The notes under the pieces: model-generated
Told to the model about the DNA's origin: nothing
What the model saw: only the letters and a program-made list of their open reading frames with translations
The model's database searches: none
Assembly: GCA_964016885.1 (NCBI GenBank)
Contig: OZ024745.1
Coordinates: 118,172,001-118,236,000 of the forward strand
DNA length: 64,000 nt
Direction of reading: 5' to 3'
From: Eledone cirrhosa
Taxonomy: Eukaryota
Part shown: positions 55,193 through 64,000 of the stretch, in pieces
Numbering within the stretch: position 1 is the first letter of the stretch
How the letters are laid out: every line of letters begins with the position of its first letter
Made by a program: the position numbers and the translations under genes

Positions 55193-56291
55193 AGGAAAAA
55201 GTATGATCCCGATGGCAGAGCTCAAGCCGTTTCGACGGCTATTTCTGGACTAAATTAGAATTTTTAGCCTGGTAAATAAATATGGGAAAATTGTAGCTGT
55301 CGAGAGGATTGGTCAAAATTTGTTGTAAACACAAATAAGTCTATCATGGCATCTGTAGCCTCAGTACCCCCACCCCTGTAATTTAAAGATAGAATTGGCC
55401 GAATATGCTTTACTAACCATTTATAGCAGATGTGTTAGACCCCTGTAATTTCGTATCATTTTTGTTACTACTCCAATTCTAGAATTTCAAAATTTCTTAT
55501 TTAGTATTTTCTATTCTCAACTTATTAACCTGTAATTGTAAGATAGCATTGGCAGAATATGCTTTACTAACTATTTATAGCAGCTGTGTTAGACCCCTGA
55601 AAAGTTTGCATTATATTTTTTCATTACCCACTTCTACAATTTCTTATTTAGAATTTTCCATTCTCAACTTATTAACCTTTTCTATAGCCTTGGCCATACA
55701 AGCAACACCTACTAATTAGAGCAGCTGTTTCTAGACTCTACTGTTTTTTGTTTTTTTTTCATTTCTCACTATCTAATTTTATATATATTTTTCTTTTATA
55801 TTTCTTTCTATTATTTTTTAATGTCTCCTACTCTCATTTGACTTACCTATTCTATAACCTCCCTCCTCCATTTTCTCCAGAACATTTTTCGACTTTTCAT
55901 ACACTATCCTTAGAATCTGCTGTACAGATTTCACTTTCAATGCTTGACCGGCTCCACTCACTCCCTCATTGTTCTACAGGCAAGTTCAGCCCCCCCCCCC
56001 CCCCCCCCACCTCCCACCAAATGCTATGATAGACTTATTTGTGTTTACAACAAATTTTGACCAATCCTCTCGACAGCTACACTCTTCCCATATAAGGAAG
56101 TACCCCTCGACAAGTTCGGCTATTTTTTTACCAGGCTAAAAATTCTAATTTAGTCCAGAAATAGCCGTCGAAACAGCTTGAGCTCTACCATCGGGGTCAT
56201 ACTTTTTCCTACTAACCACTCTACTACCCGAAGTATTGAGTACTCTGGTGCGTTATGGTGCATCTGGTTCCTTACCACAATTCCTTCGTTA
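55193..56291 (+). mobile_element. Longer fold-back element of the same family
   Basis: Arms 55193-55352 / 56021-56210, then an 80-bp tail to (TA)n; about 150-bp tandem duplication in the loop. Confidence 0.85.
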
Positions 56292-56590
56292 TATATATAT
56301 ATATGTATATATATATAGAATATATATATTATTGAAATATTGTATATATATGTATTTATAGAGATATAGATATATATAAAGATAGTAAAGTATATGAATA
56401 GATTGATAAAGGAGGAATGGTTCCCACTAAGAGATGGTATTTGTATGCTAGGTGGCAAGAAAATACTCACAGTTGATGTACTGCTGTCAGGTTCACATGA
56501 ATCGTCCGACCATTGTAAAAGCATAGACTGATCAGACTATAAGGAGAAAATGTGGAAGAAAAAAAAAATAGAGAGAGGCAAACTTAAACA

Positions 56591-56655
<65 letters not shown>

Positions 56656-56667
56656 AATTAAATGATG

Positions 56668-57003
56668 GAGGCACATGGCTTAGTGGTTAGAGCATTGGCC
56701 TTGCAATCGAAAGGTTGTGAGTTCAATTATCAGACCGGGTGATGTGTTGTTTCCTTGGTCAAGACACTTTATTTCACATTGCTCCAGTTTACTCAGCTGT
56801 AGAAATGAGATGATAGGGACTGGGGTCCCTATCATTCCACTGCAAAGTGGTCGTGGAGGCACCACGGCAAAAAAGCACCCAGCACTCACTGTAAATGAGG
56901 TTGGTGTTAGGAAGGGCATCCAGCTGTAGAAATCAAGCCAGAATCAGTTCCCGTCCCACCCTTGCAAGCAGGGAAAAAGCAGACGTAAAATGAAATGATG
57001 ATG
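56668..57003 (+). mobile_element. Full-length SINE family B
   Basis: As 42178-42576. Confidence 0.9.
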
Positions 57004-57189
57004 AAATATATATCATCATCATCATATATATTTATATATACATATATGTATATAATGTACATATATATATATATACACACACACACACATATATATGTAT
57101 ATGTATATATGTGTATATTATATATATATGTGTCTGTATATGTATGTATGTGTATATACATATATATATATATATGTATATATATATGT

Positions 57190-57236
<47 letters not shown>

Positions 57237-57237
57237 C

Positions 57238-57295
<58 letters not shown>

Positions 57296-57443
57296 GTGTA
57301 TATACATATATGCCCCAATATATATATATATATATACATATATGCCCCAGCATGGCCTCAGCCGGATGGCTGGAACAGGTAAAAGAGTAAAAGAGTATAT
57401 ATATAAATTTATGTATATATATGTATGTATGTGTGTGTGTATG

Positions 57444-57501
<58 letters not shown>

Positions 57502-57904
57502 GTATTGTAAAATTTAGCCTCTTTCTATTTTTTTTTTATCGTTGACAGCGACCAAGATAGTAATTATTACTGGATATGTAAAATGCAAAATCACAGAACA
57601 GAATATTTGAATTTCCAATATATATCTATATACAACTTTTCAAAAAAGCTTAAATATTCTGTTTTTAGTATATTGGATTCTATATATCCACTAGTAATAG
57701 CTGTCAGAGTCACTGTTACCATGTAGCAGTAGCATTTATATGAAATTCAACAGTTTTTCAGCACATAACTTTACAACATATTGTTACATTTCTATTTTAA
57801 AGCATGCATGAAACAATACAACCCATATTTGAAAACTATGTATAAGTTGTGGAAACATAAGAACCTATGTGTGTGCAGACACACACACATGCATATATAT
57901 ATAA

Positions 57905-58149
57905 TAATAGAACACTGGTGGGTTATATCCGTAGTAGCAGAGCACTCAGTCCATGGGATGAGTTTGGTAGAAGTAGTTCCACAACAGTTAGTTCACCATA
58001 CTGAGAACAAATGTTTGACCTTAATCGTATCCTCAGCTCGGTCCAAATGAAGTTGTACGGAAAACTTCATTTAGACCGAGCTGAGGATATGAATAAAGTG
58101 AAACATTTGTTCTCATTATGGTGAAGTAACTGTTGTGGAACTACTTCTA
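57905..58149. mobile_element. Tail-plus-hairpin element with hammerhead-like motif
   Basis: Stem 57968-58054 / 58062-58149; ccgag-CTGAGGA-...-GAAAC-attt-GTT-ctca, same family as 21250. Confidence 0.8.
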
Positions 58150-58179
58150 TATATATATATACATACATACATATACACA

Positions 58180-58410
58180 TAATGTGGCCGTGTAGGTAAC
58201 ACGGTAAAAAGTTCCCAGTTCCACACTGTAAATGTCGTTGGTATTGGTGTTAGGGAGGGCATCCAGCCGTAGAAAACCTGCCAGATAGTCCTGTACAAGC
58301 GAGACACGGTCACCTGACCAACCTTGCCTCAAGTGGGACAACTCCCGTCAAACCCATGCTAGCGTGGAAGATGGACGTTAAACAAAGATGATGATGATGA
58401 TGATGATGAT
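58180..58410 (+). mobile_element. SINE family B 3' part
   Basis: Family motifs and (gat)n tail. Confidence 0.8.
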
Positions 58411-58435
58411 ATACACACACACACATATATATATA

Positions 58436-58668
58436 GTGTAGTAAACATTTTATATAAATATCCAAGGGTAAGAGCACTCAGTCCATAGGATAGGTTTAGT
58501 ATAAATAATTACAACAGTGACATAAACAGGTACTTAAGTTTCGTTGGGTTCTGGACCCCAGCTAGTTCAACCTTCGGTGGCCATCTTTATTTTTCTTTTG
58601 ACAGCCTAAATGAGTTGAGGTCCAGAACCACACGAAACTTAAATACCTGTTTATGTCACTGTTGTAAT

Positions 58669-58671
<3 letters not shown>
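58436..58671. mobile_element. Tail-plus-hairpin element in (TA)n
   Basis: Arms 58505-58563 / 58613-58671; tail agagcactcagtccat shared with 57939. Confidence 0.75.
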
Positions 58672-58700
<29 letters not shown>

Positions 58701-59404
58701 AGATCTAACATGTTAGTTATGTCTGTGATGTCAGTGAATAAAAAGACTGAAGCCTTACATTATGAAAAAAGGTTCTGGATAGAAATGTTAAATAAGTGGC
58801 TGCATGGAATGTGTATGTAGTTAAAAAGAGAGGAAATAAAGAAAGTCAGAAAATAAGTCAGCTGAAACATGGTGCTGACAGTGAGATGAAATGTGAGATT
58901 AATACACTTGAAGCCTCAACTTACTCTAGCATTAATTCACCTAAAATTATAGACATGAGTATTCTCTAAAATATCCCAAACACCTAAAAATCTAATAAAG
59001 ATCCCCTTAGAAAACTGTTAAAAGTGTTAATGTATTGATTTTGAAAGCCCCCTATTTCAAAGGAGGATAGAGTTGACTAAATTATTTAACTGGTATTTAT
59101 TAAAGATGAAAGGTAAAACAGACCTAGAAAATATTTGAACTCAGAAGATGAAAGGGTGTAAATATTATAAGGTATTTTGTTCGTTACTCCAACCCAGTAA
59201 GCATTAATATATTATAAAAGAAAAGTATTCCCAATTCTATTATCTGAGACAATTACGGTTCTAATCCTCCCTCCAAATTGTAGCAAGTTAACCTGAGGAC
59301 CTTATTTAGTAGATCAATTTTTAGCTGCATTGGCGTTCTTCAAACCACACCTGATAACTTCAACCTGTCAAAATACTTTTAACCATTGTTATCTTTGTCA
59401 ATTG

Positions 59405-59590
59405 GGCGGTGGATTGGCAGTATCGGTAGAGGGTCGGACGCCATGCTTTCCAGCATGGTTACGTCCCTTTACGATCTGAGTTCAAATCCCGCCGAGGTTG
59501 ACTTTGCCTTTCATCCTTACGGGGTCGATAAAATAAAGTACCAGTAATGCACTGGGTAATTGCTGGCCTTGTGCCTAAAGTAGAAACAGT
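59405..59590 (+). mobile_element. SINE family A with TSD
   Basis: Full-length copy flanked by gttatctttgtcaatt on both sides. Confidence 0.92.
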
Positions 59591-60309
59591 TATCTTTGTC
59601 AATTATCTAGCAAGTTATATAGACCTTACGAAGAATATATATTAATAGTAGACTCAGGAACATCTGCAGTAATCATTTCATAAAATGTCTGTTTCAAAGC
59701 TGCTATCTGTTTTCATATAATATTTAACAAGAATTTGAAAATCTTTTTTTTCTTTCTGTGTGTTTGTTTTTCAATAATGTACTCTAATTCTACTTTGTTA
59801 GCTTACATAATTATACACACACACATATACACACATTGATCAGCAAACTCATACAAACATATACGCATGCATGTCTGTGTGTCTGTGTTTGTTTATTACA
59901 GAATTTCCTTGCATATATATAAGTGCACTTCAAATTATGATAAAATTCATAATTAAGCAATTAGTTTCTAATTAGAGATTGATTAAGGCGATATATATCA
60001 CCACAACGTTTGTTATCAATATTGTTATTATTTTCATTATAAAGTTTTTTTCAGTTTGTTATTTTCACACCATACCAGATTGTTTATAATTTACCTCAGT
60101 TATTAATTGTGCCTTGCAATATAGAAATATACTTTCCTGATCTATATCTGTCAGTACAAGTTTATCTATTTGGGAAATTGCAAAGGTAATTGCTTTTGAA
60201 GGTATGAAATTTATTCTAGATCTTTCTCTATAGATATTTTCTCTCTAATGATGTAGGTTAATTGTAAAAAAGAACTATTTTCTACATAACTCGATTTTGA
60301 TATTATTTA

Positions 60310-60908
60310 ATGCTTTGACGCATAGAGTTATGGTCCTTGCCATTCTGAGTTCAAATCCCGCCGAGGTTAACTTTGCCTTTCATCCTTACGGGGTCGATAA
60401 AATAAAGTACCAGTAATGCACTGGATAATTGCTGGCCTTGTACCAAAAGTAGAAACAATTATTATTTAGGTTAACTTTGTCTTTCATCCTTACGGGGTCG
60501 ATAAAATAAAGTACCAGTAATGCACTGGGTAATTGCTGGCCTTGTACCAAAAGTAGAAACAATTATTATTTAGGTTAACTTTGCCTTTCATCCTTACGGG
60601 GTCGATAAAATAAAGTACCAGTAATGCACTGGGTAATTGCTGGCCTTGTACCAAAAGTAGAAACAATTATTATTTAGGTTAACTTTGCCTTTCATCCTTA
60701 CGGGGTCGATAAAATAAAGTACCAGTAATGCACTGGGTAATTGCTGGCCTTGTACCAAAAGTAGAAACAATTATTATTTAGGTTAACTTTGCCTTTCATC
60801 CTTACGGGGTCGATAAAATAAAGGACCAGTCATGCACCGGGGTCGATTTAATTGACTTTTCTCTCCCTCAAAATTGCTGGCCCTCTGCCTATATAAGAAA
60901 CCATTATT
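60310..60908 (+). mobile_element. SINE family A with tandemly amplified 104-bp 3' half
   Basis: Units start at 60364, 60468, 60572, 60676 and 60780. Confidence 0.92.
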
Positions 60909-61346
60909 ACAACGGAGTAGTGAACTTGCTAAAACTTTCTTGAGTAGTTAATTGTAGATGGAAATTTCTTGCTTTGAAAGTTTGGTGACATTTACAAGTA
61001 ATATCTAACATATCGTTGAGTTGTATTGAGTTCCAACAACTACTTGTAATACAATCGAAGGTTCTTTTTATGTCAACATTTGCTGATTGACTGCAATTCC
61101 AATATCAGTTATTATTTTTTTTGTGTGTGTTTTTTTCAAAAGATAGTATTAAATTCAATATTATTCCACCGCAAAACAATTGCCGGCACTGTAGTTAATA
61201 ACCTTGCACACACTAAGGTTGGCATAATTTATGGTTCTTTCATACCATAATGTGGATGGCAAGACTCTAAATGTTACTGCAAATCGCAAATACAGGGCAT
61301 TTGTTTGCTTTAGGGGTCATTCTCAGTTCACAATCAGTGCAGAAAT

Positions 61347-61552
61347 TTAATCCTTTAGCATTTAAACCGGCCATATCTGGCCAGAATTCTCTCACCTCTT
61401 CCTGTTCAAACTGACTACTCATACTGATGTTAAGGTATTGTTCTCAAAATAAATAATATCAAAATCTCATAGATTCGATATTATGTGAGATAAAGCCTTT
61501 ACCATGAAAATATAATAGTAAATATAGAGTAATGTAAATTCTAAAGGGTTAA
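61347..61552 (-). mobile_element. piggyBac-type MITE (reverse)
   Basis: Reverse complement of the 26781-27006 family, TTAA ends. Confidence 0.85.
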
Positions 61553-62174
61553 ATTAGTAAGCTTGTGAACAAAGGAAATATGTTTGGAACGGTGAGGGAA
61601 GTTTTGAAATAGAAATAGAAGCATTACTGTAACATTGACTCCATAATACAGTCTAATAATGGGGCATATAAAGCCATTGAACAGAAAAAGATGTGTAGCA
61701 GCACACATAAGCTTGTATTTGAATAGCTTGAGAATCTAAAAACATTAAAGATTTTAAGTTCCATCAAAGGCAACATGATTATTTTGGAAGTTAAAATGAA
61801 ATTTGAATATTTCTCTTTGACAGATGGTATAAACTTCTTCAGCAATGAACAAACATTGAAAATTTGTCATGTTACTTGATCTGTTAGAAAAAGCAGTCAA
61901 ATATCATTAGAAAATGAACAGATACACTGGAGAATGTTGTTATTGATATTCAAAAAGATGAAATGGTCATCACTGCAAAGTCTTTGATCATATGTCTTAT
62001 CAATCAGTCAAAACCTTGAATTAAACAACTTCTGTAACAACAAAATAGCATTATCCTGTATTGACAAGTCTATTTAAATGATATTTCTAGAAACATTAAA
62101 TCTAATACTAGTAAATACAAATTTAAATTTAAATAAATTTAAATATTTAGAAGCCCTACAATGCATGCAAGGTT

Positions 62175-62294
62175 AATAGTTGTTTCTCCTTTTGGTAAAA
62201 GACCAACAATTACCCAGTACATTACTGGTACTTTATTTTATCGACCCAGAAAAGATGAAAGGCAAAGTTAACCTCAGCGGGATTTGAACTCAGA
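62175..62294 (-). mobile_element. SINE family A partial (reverse)
   Basis: Core and tail motifs. Confidence 0.75.
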
Positions 62295-63359
62295 TTAATA
62301 GTGCCGAGGTAATAGAAGTTATAGAGGAAAGAGTGAGGACAATAGAATTTAACCATAGCAAATTTAAAAACCCATTCTTAAGAGAATATCCATGTGTTGG
62401 TGTTTAAAGAGAAATCGGAGAAGAGTTGTTTATTACTGTGACAGTTCACTTCAGTTCTTATTTATAGAGTTTCGCCTAGTCCACCTTTAGTTACACGGGG
62501 ATATTCAGGGTTTTTTTCCCCCCACAACAGAAATATATAGTGTTGTTTCTTCTTTAACATTTGACAACAAAGAAGGTATCCAAAGAGTTATCCAAATTGT
62601 TCTAGGGTCACAGTAATGGTTGCCACAACTAAATGTAACTTTACGAAGCTGAGCCACATAAGATTCCAATAAAGTGAAACAAATGATTAGCACAACTAAG
62701 TTCAGCTCTCTCTACATAGTAATTGAGAAGAATAGGTTAAATTAAAGCTGTACTAACAATGAATTGATAGTCATATATCTCAAGTAGTACTTTTTTGAGG
62801 TGTAGAAGTATAATTCATTTATCAAATGAGTTAAGAGCAAACACCTACATCATAGAAGCTATATAGTATCTTAATATAATGTACCTGAAGTACAGGGATT
62901 GAGAATAACTGCTAAAATGAAAAGAAAATGGTGGAAAACAATTCTCCTTGCTCTGAAATCATTAATGCAACTTCTGGTTTAGGTGCAGTGTGGTATACTT
63001 TGGTTGAAAGCTGGCAGCCAGCCATTTGCAATAAGACTGACATATTTACACTTGTGCTTCAAATACTGAAGCTGAATGTTTTAACTGAATGAAACGATTT
63101 GGTTCTTGGCAACTGCTTCTTGTTGCAATAATTTATTCAACTAAAACTTGGAAACAAGTGTTTGCACTGTTCAATCTGAGTGGACTCAAGAACATATCTT
63201 TCCGCAGTGAAATGAAACAAGAAGAAAAGAAAACTTTCTTCCAACAGATACAAGCACAGAGTGGACACAAAAAAAAAAACTACATTCCTAATTTTCTTGC
63301 AGAATTCTTTGACCTTTTTCCTTCTTCTTCTTCTTCTTCTTCTTTGTTTACTTATATCT

Positions 63360-63695
63360 GGGAGGGTCGTGGGGGCTGAGCCCTCATGGACGTCTTTCAG
63401 CAAATCTTGTCAGAAACAACTGTCTCCAGTTGGATTCTTAAGTGAGATTGGCTGAGCTCATGAATGTTATTCAACCATCTTGCTTTGGGTCTACCCCTGG
63501 GTCTCTTGCTAGTTGGTTTTGCCTCTAAAATCTGTCCAGTGATTCTTTCCTGAGACATTCTAACTACATGCTCAGTATTAGAGCTGTGATCTCTCAATTT
63601 GGAGAAGTAGTGGCTCTACCTGGAATGACTCCAGTGATTCTTTCCTGTGACATTCTAACCACATGCCCATAGTATCAGAGCTGTGATCTCTCAAT
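63360..63695 (-). mobile_element. RTE LINE 3' fragment with internal duplication
   Basis: HVVRMSQERITGQILEAKPTSKRPRGRPKARWL; 63535-63599 duplicated at 63630-63696. Confidence 0.75.
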
Positions 63696-63751
63696 TCTTA
63701 GATTTAACTGAATAATAAAAACTCATTCTGCTTATCAACTTCATCTCACCT

Positions 63752-64000
63752 TTAACCCTTTAGTGTTCAAACCGCCCAAAATCGCCCAAAATTATTTCCC
63801 CTTCATTTGATCAAACTGCCCGAAATCGTCCGAAAACACCCACACTAAAAAATTGTTCTAAAAATAAACAAACCATCATCAAAATCTCGTTAATTCAAGA
63901 CTGCTGCGAGATTAGGCCTTTACCGCAAAAATTAACACTTAATATAGTGGAACAACTTAAAACAACAAGTGTTTTTTTAACTTTGAAAGTGCAACAAATT
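63752..64000 (+). mobile_element. piggyBac-like element left end (runs off window)
   Basis: TTAA-CCCTTTAGTGTTC; near-identical to 17530-17750. Confidence 0.85.

Noticed and set aside
56668-56740. Genuine tRNA gene
   Set aside because: tRNA-derived SINE head that continues into SINE body in several copies.
60364-60880. CRISPR-like regularly spaced array
   Set aside because: Whole 104-bp unit is repeated and is SINE-derived; no unique spacers.

Overview
AT-rich, microsatellite-dense eukaryotic (animal) DNA. The repeat families look like those of a coleoid cephalopod (Octopus-like), which is inference from SINE/LINE style. The only host gene I can support is a minus-strand nuclear receptor of the NR1J (HR96/DAF-12/VDR-related) group, with three phase-compatible exons: 20337-20501, 13641-13758 and 11864-12318. 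Its start codon and the rest of its LBD were not found in the window. Everything else is intron/intergenic sequence packed with mobile elements: two tRNA-SINE families, CR1, RTE and Vingi-like LINEs, mariner/maT, piggyBac-type and hAT-type MITEs, a Helitron, and a decayed Naiad-type Penelope-like element (PLE) arranged head-to-head with an inverted, deleted copy of itself. The most striking non-genic pattern is about a dozen short fold-back insertions (35-180 bp arms). Most sit in (TA)n tracts, share an asymmetric 'hairpin + tail' layout, and several carry minimal hammerhead-ribozyme-like motifs. Nearly all long ORFs in the track are microsatellite artefacts.
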